Assembly (NCBI RefSeq): GCF_000018465.1
Contig: NC_010085.1
Coordinates: forward strand, 600,001-632,000
DNA from: Nitrosopumilus maritimus SCM1
GTDB lineage: Archaea; Thermoproteota; Nitrososphaeria; Nitrososphaerales; Nitrosopumilaceae
DNA: 32,000 nt
Direction: 5' to 3'
Shown here: one piece after another, positions 1 to 8,931 of the stretch
Position numbering within the stretch: the stretch's first letter is position 1
Layout: every line of letters starts with the position of its first letter
Made by a program: the position numbers and the translations under genes
Notes under the pieces: model-generated
What the model was told of the DNA's origin: nothing
Seen by the model: only the letters and a program-made list of their open reading frames with translations
Database searches by the model: none

Positions 1-146
1 GTTAAAAATAAAATTCAAATTATCAAATATGATGAAAAAAGAATAATTTGATATTTTATCATCTTTTCTATGTCTAGCCTGAACCCAATAAGAGATCTCA
101 CTTAATCTGCATTTTTATTAATGGAAGCATTAATTTTTCTATAAAT

Positions 147-2594
147 ATGATGTTTCATATGGACTGCTCAAATTTAGAAAATTTTTTTAGTTCCAAATCT
201 GATGTACTAAAATTTCTTTTTCACAAACTCAAAAAATCCACTATCGAAGAAATGATGTTTTTTTCTATTTATGAATGGGATAAAAATAAAGAGAAAATTT
301 TGTGTGAACTTTCTAACAACTTCCCCTCTGAATTAGTTATTGTTAGAAGCTCAGCAATGGGTGAGGATTCAATACAAAAATCTGAAGCTGGAAATTATTT
401 GAGTATCCAAAATGTAAATTCTTCATCAAAGAAACAACTAGAAAAATCAATCCAAAAAGTGATTAATTCTTATCACAAGAAAGGCAATTACAATAAAAAT
501 AATCAAATTTTAATTCAAAAACAATCCCTTGATATTATTACAAGTGGAGTTATTTTTTCAAAATCTCTCAATATTGGTTCACCTTATTATATCATAAATT
601 TTGATGATGGAACAAATACTGATAGTGTTACAAAAGGTGAAGTTGGAAATATCATAAAAATTTCTAGATTTTCAGCTTCTGTAAAAATTCCATTAAAATG
701 GAAAAAACTAATCAAATCTGTTCAAGAAATAGAGAAAATCTTAGGCACTGATTTACTTGATATCGAGTTTGGAATTAATATACATAAAGAAATTATTATT
801 TTTCAAGTACGTCCGCTTACCTCTACAAAATCCATCACGATAAAAAATTTTAATAATCATTTTCCAAAATTAATAGAAACTAACAAAAAATATTTTTCAA
901 AACTTCAAAAAAATCCCTCTCTGATTGGTAACAGAACAATTTTTTCTGATATGTCTGATTGGAATCCTGCAGAAATAATTGGCAGTAATCCGAATTTGTT
1001 AGATTATTCATTATATGATTATTTGATTATGAAAAATACTTGGAGTAAAAGTAGAGAAATGTTAGGTTACACCAAAGTGAAGACTAATTCTCTTATGGTA
1101 AAGTTTGGCCAAAAACCCTATGTTGATGTAAGATCAAGTTTCAATTCATTAATTCCTGCAAAAATCCCCAAAAAATTGAAATCCAAATTGATGGCTTATT
1201 ATATGAATAAAATCCAAAATTTCCCACATCTTCATGATAAAATTGAATTTGAAATTTTATTTTCTTGTTATGATCCGACAATAAAAAATCGACTAAATGA
1301 ATTACATAAATATAATTTTTCTAAAGAAGAAATTCATCAAATAGATCAATTGTTGAAAAAATTCACTGGAGATTTAATTGATAACTTTCCTAGTATTCTG
1401 AATGCTACACTTGATGCTATGAGACAATTAAAAGAGAATCGAGAGAAAAGTCTCAAAAGCTTAATTGATGTCAAATCACCTTCGAAAATTTTGAATACTC
1501 TTGAAAAATTGCTGAATGACTGTAGAAATATTGGTACTCTTTATTTCTCAATAATGGCTAGATTAGCCTTTGTTTCTTCAATAATTTTGAAAGGATTGGA
1601 AAAAAATGGAAATTTAGACTCAAAAATATTGGAAAACTTCATGAATACTTTACAAACCCCATTATCTGATATTCAACATGACCTAAATTCTTATGTAAAT
1701 GGAGATCTTTCAAGAAAACAATTTCTTGTAAAATATGGCCATTTGCGACCTGGAACTTATGATATTACTGCATCTCGTTACGATAAAGATAAAAATTTTT
1801 TCAATAATGTAAAATATCTTAAAAATGAAATTGACAAAATTTCTTTTAATGAATTTAAATTTAAAAAAATTTTTCAAAAACACATTCCTTTTGAATCTGA
1901 GAAATTCTTGTTTTTTATAAAAGAATCAATTTCTCAAAGAGAAAAAACAAAATTTGAATTTACCAAAAATTTGAGTTCGGTGATAGAATTAATTGCAATG
2001 TTGGGTAAATTGTATGGATTTAGTAGAGAAGATGTTTCCAATTTGAGTGTCGATTTTATTCTTAGAAACAAAAACAAAAACAAAAATGAAATTCGTAAAT
2101 TATGGACAAAAAATATCTTAAAAGAAAAAAATTCTAAATCATTAAAAAATTATTTATCCCTTCCACCACTTTTAACTCATGAAAATGACTTTGATGTTCA
2201 TGAACATTATATTTCTAAACCAAATTTTATTACATCTAAAAAAATCACTGCTGATATATATACAATAAAAAATTCCAAGAAATTTTTAGATGTTGAAAAC
2301 AAAATTGTTTTGATAGAAAATGCTGACCCAGGTTATGATTGGTTATTCACAAAAAATATTTCTGGATTAATTACAAAATATGGAGGTGTTGCATCTCATA
2401 TTGCTATAAGATGTGCTGAATTAGGACTTCCAGCTGCAATTGGTTGTGGTGATATTTTATTTGAACAGTTAGAAAATACTCAAAAAGTATTACTTGACTG
2501 TAAACATCATCAAATAATTATTTTGGAAAAAAATACCGAAGATAACTATTCTGAAGAAAAAAAACTCTTAAAATCTTTAGGTTACATAAAATAA
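147..2594 (+). CDS. PEP-utilising-enzyme family dikinase-type kinase (ATP-grasp plus C-terminal phosphohistidine swivel domain); candidate Cj1418-like L-glutamine kinase
   Basis: 815-aa ORF. The N-terminal 'VIVRSSAMGEDS...EAGNY' resembles the nucleotide-binding ATP-grasp domain of PEP synthase/PPDK. The extreme C-terminus 'GGVASHIAIRCAELGLPAAIGCG' (His751, codon 2397-2399) is the phosphohistidine swivel-domain motif. No PEP/pyruvate TIM-barrel follows the His domain, which is the architecture of small-molecule dikinases (rifampicin phosphotransferase, Cj1418) rather than PpsA. Confidence 0.8.
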   Translation: MMFHMDCSNLENFFSSKSDVLKFLFHKLKKSTIEEMMFFSIYEWDKNKEKILCELSNNFPSELVIVRSSAMGEDSIQKSEAGNYLSIQNVNSSSKKQLEKSIQKVINSYHKKGNYNKNNQILIQKQSLDIITSGVIFSKSLNIGSPYYIINFDDGTNTDSVTKGEVGNIIKISRFSASVKIPLKWKKLIKSVQEIEKILGTDLLDIEFGINIHKEIIIFQVRPLTSTKSITIKNFNNHFPKLIETNKKYFSKLQKNPSLIGNRTIFSDMSDWNPAEIIGSNPNLLDYSLYDYLIMKNTWSKSREMLGYTKVKTNSLMVKFGQKPYVDVRSSFNSLIPAKIPKKLKSKLMAYYMNKIQNFPHLHDKIEFEILFSCYDPTIKNRLNELHKYNFSKEEIHQIDQLLKKFTGDLIDNFPSILNATLDAMRQLKENREKSLKSLIDVKSPSKILNTLEKLLNDCRNIGTLYFSIMARLAFVSSIILKGLEKNGNLDSKILENFMNTLQTPLSDIQHDLNSYVNGDLSRKQFLVKYGHLRPGTYDITASRYDKDKNFFNNVKYLKNEIDKISFNEFKFKKIFQKHIPFESEKFLFFIKESISQREKTKFEFTKNLSSVIELIAMLGKLYGFSREDVSNLSVDFILRNKNKNKNEIRKLWTKNILKEKNSKSLKNYLSLPPLLTHENDFDVHEHYISKPNFITSKKITADIYTIKNSKKFLDVENKIVLIENADPGYDWLFTKNISGLITKYGGVASHIAIRCAELGLPAAIGCGDILFEQLENTQKVLLDCKHHQIIILEKNTEDNYSEEKKLLKSLGYIK

Positions 2595-2645
2595 TCCCTT
2601 TAGCCGATTGTAACTGTTTTATAATGAAAATTCTCTTTAAAAATA

Positions 2646-3284
2646 TTGGTAAAAAAAATTGGCATTACTTTACGTATTGAAACTATTCAGGAATATGATG
2701 AAAAACGAGATGCTTTAAGTCATGATTGGTTTGACTTTTTTCAAAAACTAAATTGTCTTCCAGTATTAATTCCAAATAAACTCCGTGAAGTTGAATCCTT
2801 TTTAGAAGAAATGGACTTAAATGGATTGATTCTTTCAGGCGGTGATAATATTGGAGACGATCCTGAACGTGATAAAACTGAAAAAAAAATTATGACTTTT
2901 GCGATGACTAATAATATTCCTCTATTGGGAGTCTGCAGAGGTATGCAAGTAATTAACCAATTCTTCAATGGTAAAATAATTTTTGATAATTCTAATATTC
3001 ATGTTGGGAAAAATCATGTAGTTGATATTATCGATACAAAATTTTCCAATTTTTTACAAACTAATACAATGAATGTAAATTCATTTCACCATAATTTGAT
3101 TGATAAATCTTCTTTGGGGAAAAATCTAATTCCATTTGCATTTTCTTCTATTGATCAAACAATTGAGGGCTTCTATCATGAAAATTCCCCTATTTTGGGA
3201 GTCATGTGGCATCCTGAACGTGTGAATTTGAATTCAAATCAAACTGAACTTGTAAACATGTTATACTGTGATAAAATTTGGTAA
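2646..3284 (+). CDS. Class I glutamine amidotransferase-fold / peptidase C26 gamma-glutamyl hydrolase; candidate Cj1417-like gamma-glutamyl-CDP-amidate hydrolase
   Basis: 212 aa with a TTG start. The nucleophile elbow is 'LLGVCRGMQVIN' (Cys97) and 'GVMWHPE' supplies His189/Glu191 of the triad. It lies 51 nt after the kinase and overlaps the next gene by 7 nt. Confidence 0.8.
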   Translation: MVKKIGITLRIETIQEYDEKRDALSHDWFDFFQKLNCLPVLIPNKLREVESFLEEMDLNGLILSGGDNIGDDPERDKTEKKIMTFAMTNNIPLLGVCRGMQVINQFFNGKIIFDNSNIHVGKNHVVDIIDTKFSNFLQTNTMNVNSFHHNLIDKSSLGKNLIPFAFSSIDQTIEGFYHENSPILGVMWHPERVNLNSNQTELVNMLYCDKIW

Positions 3285-4069
3285 AATTAATAATTTTAGG
3301 TGCTGGTGAAGGAACTAGATTAAGACCATTAACTCAAAATTGTCCAAAATGCATGGTGAATATTTTTGGTAAATCATTATTAGAACACCAAATTAATACT
3401 GCAAAAAACTGTGGAATTGATGAAATTATTATTGTTAAAGGATTTCTTGGATATATGATCCAAATCCCAAATATTCGTTATTATGAAAATAAATATTATG
3501 ATTCTACAAATATGGTTGAAACACTCTTTTGTGCTGAAAAAGAATTGAATGAATCTGTAATTGTATCTTATGGTGATATTATTTATCAAAAAAACATCTT
3601 GAAAAAATTAATTGATTCTCCTGATGATTTTTCAGTGGTTATAGATAAAAATTGGAAAAATTACTGGCAAATTCGTTTTTCAAATATTCTTGATGATGTT
3701 GAAAGTTTACGATTAAAAGATGGTTATATAATGGATATTGGGCAAAAACCCAACTCATTAGATAATATCGACGGTCAATACATTGGTTTGATGAAATTTC
3801 AACATAATGCATTATCTACTCTAAAGACTTTTTATCATAATTCAAAAGAACAATCAAAATTAGGAACAAATCCTCTCAATCCAAAAATCCCTTTTACAAA
3901 ATCATACATGACAGATTTGTTACAAGGCCTAATTCATAATGGACAAAACATCAAAGCAATTGAAATTAATGGTGGATGGTTGGAATTGGATACTTTGAAT
4001 GATTTTGAAATTTATCAAAAACTATATGCTCAAAACTCATTAAAAGAATTTTTTAATTTGGAGAGTTGA
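3278..4069 (+). CDS. LicC-like nucleotidyltransferase (cytidylyltransferase family); candidate Cj1416-like CTP:phosphoglutamine cytidylyltransferase
   Basis: 263 aa. The N-terminal 'LIILGAGEGTRLRPLT' is the G-x-G-T-R NTP-transferase signature, and the C-terminal 'GGWLELDTLNDFE' is typical of LicC-type enzymes. It overlaps the upstream gene and is 1 nt from the downstream gene. Confidence 0.8.
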   Translation: MVKLIILGAGEGTRLRPLTQNCPKCMVNIFGKSLLEHQINTAKNCGIDEIIIVKGFLGYMIQIPNIRYYENKYYDSTNMVETLFCAEKELNESVIVSYGDIIYQKNILKKLIDSPDDFSVVIDKNWKNYWQIRFSNILDDVESLRLKDGYIMDIGQKPNSLDNIDGQYIGLMKFQHNALSTLKTFYHNSKEQSKLGTNPLNPKIPFTKSYMTDLLQGLIHNGQNIKAIEINGGWLELDTLNDFEIYQKLYAQNSLKEFFNLES

Positions 4070-4070
4070 A

Positions 4071-5186
4071 TTGAAGCCTAACATTATTTTTGTATTATTA
4101 GACGGTGCACGGTGGGATCGTATAGAAAATTCATTTGAATTTTCAGATTTAAGAAAAGATGGAATTTTTATAAATAATGTTTCAACTGTTTTTCCATACA
4201 CTTCTGGTTCACTAAATGTAATTTTTTCAGGACAATTTGGTAAAGAGAATGGTGTAGATGGCTATTACAAAGTATTGAAGTTAAAAAATTCCATACAAAT
4301 TTTGCCTGAGATTCTTCAAAATTATGGATATTTTACTGCTCGGGGGTTACTTAATGATAAATTATTGTCTCCTAGAGGATATGATCTTCGAACTGTTCAT
4401 AATGAATTTGAAGATGATCTAAATGACATTCATCCAAAATTAATTAATGATGTATTTCAAAAGGCAAATGGAAAACCTGTTTTTCTTTTTTTACATTTTA
4501 CTCGTATCCATACATTTACGGTTTCTGAAATTTTAGATAAATATGACTGGAACGATAAGACCTTTTATGATTTAGTAAATTCCAATCTTAAGAAATATGA
4601 TCAAACAATTGATGAAGCTGGGCATTATGCCAAAAAAATCACCAATACAATCAAGATTCTTGGAGAAGAGGAAAACACAATAATTATTTTCTTTTCAGAT
4701 CATGGTACTGGTGTTGGAGAAAGATATGGTGAACGAAGCTATGGTTCATTTACGTATGAAGAAACAATTAGAACTTTTTATCTTTTCACAGGGTCACTTC
4801 TTCTAAAAAATAAATTTTCTGACAAATTAAGAAGTACTTTGGATATAATGCCTACTATCCTTGAATTGTGTAAAATAGATGAAAATCTGAATCTCTTTGG
4901 AAAAAGCTTTGCAGGATTTCTCACTGGAGAAACAACTCATCTTAGTGAAAACCCATTTACTTTTTCTGAAACTGGTGCATTAGAAGGTCCATTCCCTTCT
5001 CCTGAGCATTCTAATGTTTTTTGTATTAAAACATCTAATTATAAATTAATTTATTATGTTTCTAACAATTCTTGGGAATTATTTGATTTGCAAAAAGATT
5101 TCCATGAAAAAAATAATTTGATAGGAACTTTACCATTAATTGAAGATGATTTAAAACAAAAACTCTTGAATTGGATAAATCGTTAA
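4071..5186 (+). CDS. Alkaline-phosphatase-superfamily (sulfatase-like) enzyme, cytoplasmic, Thr-type nucleophile (probably a phosphotransferase or phosphodiesterase, not a true sulfatase)
   Basis: 371 aa. Metal ligands are 'FVLLDGARWD' (Asp11) and 'FFSDHGTGVGE'. The position of the sulfatase C/S-x-P-x-R formylglycine motif reads 'PYTSGSLNVIFSG' (Cys->Thr, Pro->Gly, Arg->Leu). No signal peptide or TM segment is present. Confidence 0.7.
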   Translation: MKPNIIFVLLDGARWDRIENSFEFSDLRKDGIFINNVSTVFPYTSGSLNVIFSGQFGKENGVDGYYKVLKLKNSIQILPEILQNYGYFTARGLLNDKLLSPRGYDLRTVHNEFEDDLNDIHPKLINDVFQKANGKPVFLFLHFTRIHTFTVSEILDKYDWNDKTFYDLVNSNLKKYDQTIDEAGHYAKKITNTIKILGEEENTIIIFFSDHGTGVGERYGERSYGSFTYEETIRTFYLFTGSLLLKNKFSDKLRSTLDIMPTILELCKIDENLNLFGKSFAGFLTGETTHLSENPFTFSETGALEGPFPSPEHSNVFCIKTSNYKLIYYVSNNSWELFDLQKDFHEKNNLIGTLPLIEDDLKQKLLNWINR

Positions 5187-5260
5187 ACTCCCACTTTAAA
5201 ACTATAAAATAATTTTCTGTATTTGATTCATTGATTATTATACCAATAAAATCATCAATT

Positions 5261-6412
5261 TTATTTTTTTTTTAATAATTTAATTATGTATTCAGTTCCT
5301 ACTATCACTGATTTTCCAATGTTAAAAACTGTTTCATCACGATTATTTCTTATTTGATTTTTAATTGATTCTTGATTTGTGTATATCTCTTCAATTTTTT
5401 TTGGAATAGTTTCTAACTCTGTTGTTGGCACAATTATTCCAATTTTATTCCTAATACTTTCTTCAATTGGTATTTGTGAAATATCTTTAAAGTTAGGATT
5501 GCGCATTTTTTTTGGTGTATCGATATACATTACTGGTTTTTCAAAACCAAATGCAAATTCTAATGCAACACCTGACCAATCTGAAATCATAATATCTGAT
5601 TGTAAAAATGAATCAAAATACGATATATTTTGCTCTAAGAAAAAATTAGAATTTTTTGAAAATGTTTTTAAAATATGTTCAACTTTCTTTTTTGATTTTT
5701 TTTGTGTCATTGGATGAATGCGAAGAATTACTTTATATCCTGAATTTAATAATATGTTGATTATTTTTTCAGAAACTGTTTCAAATAACCCATCTTTTCC
5801 CCATGATGGTGCAATTATAATTTGATATGAATCTTTTTGTTTTAAAGTTATGTCTGTATTTTTTGAATGTATTTTTAGTAGATTATCTAAATGTGTATAT
5901 CCAAATTGAACTAATTTTTTTGCTTTTAAATTATATAGTTTCTCTGCTTCTTTTATTTCATTAATCTGATAATTTCCTACACAAAAAATAGAATCAAAAT
6001 AATCAAAGGCTTCTTTTCTGTATCCTAAATGTGTACTGATCATTGAATGAAACATGTAGATGTAGTGCACATTATGCATTTTTGATCTTTTAATATGAAA
6101 TGCTTCTAGATCTGGCATGGTCATAATCAAAATATTTGCCTGTAGTTCTAAGAAAAATTTTGTTCTAGCAACCCCTTCTCCAACATAAAATGCTTTAATT
6201 TTTTTATTTTTTGAAATTATGTCTAATTCTTCTTTACTAGATGTAACATAACAAATACTTACATCATAATTTTTAATTAATTCATCAATAAATGATTCAA
6301 AAATAATTGTTGAGTTTTTGTCTTCTGAATAGAAAACAATTTGTTTTTCTGCTATATCTAAATTTGAAAATTCTTTTAGATCGGTCGATTCATTTTTAGA
6401 AAAAAAACCCAA
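5261..6412 (-). CDS. TagB/TagF-family CDP-glycerol glycerophosphotransferase-like enzyme
   Basis: 383 aa with a TTG start. Family blocks are 'IIIAPSWGKDG' (cf. YAPTWR), 'ILRIHPMTQKK' (catalytic His region) and 'FLQSDIMISDWSGVALEFAFGFEKPVMYID' (cf. LITDYSSv.fDf...KPiif). Confidence 0.8.
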   Translation of the reverse strand: MGFFSKNESTDLKEFSNLDIAEKQIVFYSEDKNSTIIFESFIDELIKNYDVSICYVTSSKEELDIISKNKKIKAFYVGEGVARTKFFLELQANILIMTMPDLEAFHIKRSKMHNVHYIYMFHSMISTHLGYRKEAFDYFDSIFCVGNYQINEIKEAEKLYNLKAKKLVQFGYTHLDNLLKIHSKNTDITLKQKDSYQIIIAPSWGKDGLFETVSEKIINILLNSGYKVILRIHPMTQKKSKKKVEHILKTFSKNSNFFLEQNISYFDSFLQSDIMISDWSGVALEFAFGFEKPVMYIDTPKKMRNPNFKDISQIPIEESIRNKIGIIVPTTELETIPKKIEEIYTNQESIKNQIRNNRDETVFNIGKSVIVGTEYIIKLLKKK

Positions 6413-6587
6413 ATTAATTATCTTATATCACTGCTGTTAATTAGTATTAGTCTTAACTAAACCGAAAAAATTTATAATGTTTCTTCCATGAATATGTGTT
6501 GATTTTTAAAAGATTCATTTTGCTTACTGCTCAATTTTTTATCTGTACTGTATCAAAACATCATAAATATAATTAATTTGCCTAAAT

Positions 6588-8129
6588 ATGGTCTCTTTGT
6601 TTTCTGAACCTATTTCAAAATTCCCTTTTCATCCATTTTTAATTGGATTTTTTTTCGTTATTTCATTATTTTATAATAATATACGTGTACTAAATTTTGA
6701 CGAAATCCTAATTCCTCTAATTATTGTACTTGGAATCATTACAAGTATTTGGATTTTGATAAATCTTATTGTAAAAAATAATTTAAAATCCTCCCTTATT
6801 TTATCTCTAGTTTTAATTTTATTTTTTTCTTATGGACATATTTATCTAGAAATTGATCATTTCACTATAAATGAATTTGATATAGGGAAGCATCGATTTC
6901 TTTTAATTCCATTTTTTTCTATGTTTATTTTAGGAACTATTTTACTAATTCGAACGAAGAAAATATTAGATAATACTACATTAATTACTAATACCATTTT
7001 TTTAGTTTTAGTAGTTATAGTGTTAGTTAATATTCAATTATATTATTTTGAAAACCCTTCTTATTTTTATCTCAATCAAAACATTGAATCAAATACAATT
7101 TCAAATAATATAAACACATTTCCAAATATTTATTTCATCGTACTTGATGGCTATCCTGGATATCGTAGTCTTGAACTATCGCATCAAAATGATGGTGAAT
7201 TTTTTAATTATTTTAAAAATAATGGGTTTTTTGTTTCTGAAAATAGTTTTAGTAATTATCAAGTTACGCATTTATCTGTTCCCTCTACATTGAATTTAGA
7301 TTATCTCCATCCTCTTGCAGAAATTAAAGATGGTGTTTATGATCAACGTGATTTTCATTTATTAGGAAATGATAACAAGTTGATGAACTTTTTAAAATCT
7401 AACGGATATCTAATTGTTAATTTTGATTCTAGTTGGAGTTTTTCAAGAGACATGAAGCATGCTGATCTACAACTTTGTGGTGATAATCAATTTTTAAATT
7501 CTGAATTCCTAATTATGTTAACAAAAACTAGTATGCTAAATCCTGTTTATACAAAAGCCTTTGAAAATGATCTAGTTGAACTAAGACTTTGTGCATTTGA
7601 CCAAATACTAGATATTGATAAACGTGTATCGGAACCTTTTTTTGTTTTCTCTCATATGTATATGCCCCATCCTCCTTACTTATTTGGTCCTAATGGAGAA
7701 ATTTTATCTCCTGATGAATTAGATTTAATTGCATATTCACCTGAAAAACAGTCTGCATATTTTGATCAAGTCAAATTTCTTAATAAAAAAATCCCTCAAA
7801 TTGTAAATAATTTACTCGATTCTGAAAATCCTCCAATAATAGTAATACAATCTGATCATGGTTCGGCATTTTTAATGGGTGAAGACGACACAAATTGGAA
7901 ACATCCTGACAATAACATGCTTCTTGAACGAATGAATATAATCAATTTTATTTATTTGCCTGATTCTCCTGATATTCTTTATGATGAAATTACTCCTGTC
8001 AACACATTTCGAATCATACTTAATCATTACTTTGGAACTAATTTTGAAATACTAAATGATAATTCATATATTTTTAATGGCACTGATTTTGAGGATGTTA
8101 CTATCAAACTGAAAAATATAGAAAATTAG
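6588..8129 (+). CDS. Polytopic membrane protein with C-terminal alkaline-phosphatase-superfamily domain (LtaS/EptA-like architecture)
   Basis: 513 aa. About 5 hydrophobic segments occupy the first ~160 aa, followed by 'IYFIVLDGYPGY' (metal-binding Asp) and 'IIVIQSDHGSAF'. No C/S-x-P-x-R sulfatase motif was seen. Confidence 0.65.
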   Translation: MVSLFSEPISKFPFHPFLIGFFFVISLFYNNIRVLNFDEILIPLIIVLGIITSIWILINLIVKNNLKSSLILSLVLILFFSYGHIYLEIDHFTINEFDIGKHRFLLIPFFSMFILGTILLIRTKKILDNTTLITNTIFLVLVVIVLVNIQLYYFENPSYFYLNQNIESNTISNNINTFPNIYFIVLDGYPGYRSLELSHQNDGEFFNYFKNNGFFVSENSFSNYQVTHLSVPSTLNLDYLHPLAEIKDGVYDQRDFHLLGNDNKLMNFLKSNGYLIVNFDSSWSFSRDMKHADLQLCGDNQFLNSEFLIMLTKTSMLNPVYTKAFENDLVELRLCAFDQILDIDKRVSEPFFVFSHMYMPHPPYLFGPNGEILSPDELDLIAYSPEKQSAYFDQVKFLNKKIPQIVNNLLDSENPPIIVIQSDHGSAFLMGEDDTNWKHPDNNMLLERMNIINFIYLPDSPDILYDEITPVNTFRIILNHYFGTNFEILNDNSYIFNGTDFEDVTIKLKNIEN

Positions 8130-8180
8130 ACTATAATTTAGACTTCAATATGTTTAGGAAGATGTTTTTAGATCTAATTC

Positions 8181-8897
8181 ATGATTTCACATATACATTC
8201 TCCTAACTTTAATATAATTAGCAAATTTTTGCAAAACAGAAATCAATTGCTAGTAATTTTTGATGTTGAAGGTGTTTTGTATGATGAAGAATATCTTCCA
8301 ATCCTTGCAGAGAAACTCAATAAACAAGATGAGATTTGGGCAATTACAAAACAAGGAATTCAAGGAAAAATTAACTGGGAAGAAGGACTTCGAACTAGAG
8401 TTGCTGCTCTAAAGGGCCTTGATGAAAAAACATGTCAAGAAGTTTCTGATGCATTACCCATTATGACTGGTGCAAAAGAAGCATGTAGAGCATTAAAAGC
8501 TGCTGGTTGGAAGTTGATGGCTGTTTCAGGCGGATTTACACTGATGATGGAGAGATTAAAAGACGAATTGGGATTAGATTATGTTTATTCCAATGAATTA
8601 ATTTTCAAAGACGGAAAACTGGATGGCGTAAAAATCAATGTTGATTCAGACAAATCAAAATCTGCACGAATTAAAATTGAAGAATGGGGAGAAAAGAAAG
8701 AGAATATTGTATGTGTTGTAGATGGCGCAAACGATGTAAAATTATTTGATATTTGTGGATTGGGAATCGCATATCGTGCACAAGACTTGGTAAAAGATTT
8801 GGCAACCACAACTCTGGAAGAAAAGGATCTTTCAAAAATTTTGGATATTATTAACAAACATTACAAATTAGAATTAGAATCTCCAACTCCTGCATAA
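8181..8897 (+). CDS. serB: Phosphoserine phosphatase (HAD superfamily, SerB type)
   Basis: 238 aa, collinear by eye with the Methanocaldococcus PSP layout: motif I 'VIFDVEGVL', 'AVSGGFTLMMERLKDELGLDYVYSNELIFKDGKLDG', and 'VVDGANDVKLF'. Motif I is D-x-E rather than D-x-D. Confidence 0.8.
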   Translation: MISHIHSPNFNIISKFLQNRNQLLVIFDVEGVLYDEEYLPILAEKLNKQDEIWAITKQGIQGKINWEEGLRTRVAALKGLDEKTCQEVSDALPIMTGAKEACRALKAAGWKLMAVSGGFTLMMERLKDELGLDYVYSNELIFKDGKLDGVKINVDSDKSKSARIKIEEWGEKKENIVCVVDGANDVKLFDICGLGIAYRAQDLVKDLATTTLEEKDLSKILDIINKHYKLELESPTPA

Positions 8898-8931
8898 ACA
8901 ATTTTTTAGTCCACTCTTTCAGATATTATAA

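Noticed and set aside
1-146. A possible gene fragment at the left edge of the window.
   Set aside because: All frames on both strands hit stop codons within a few codons. I treat the segment as the promoter and upstream region of the first operon.
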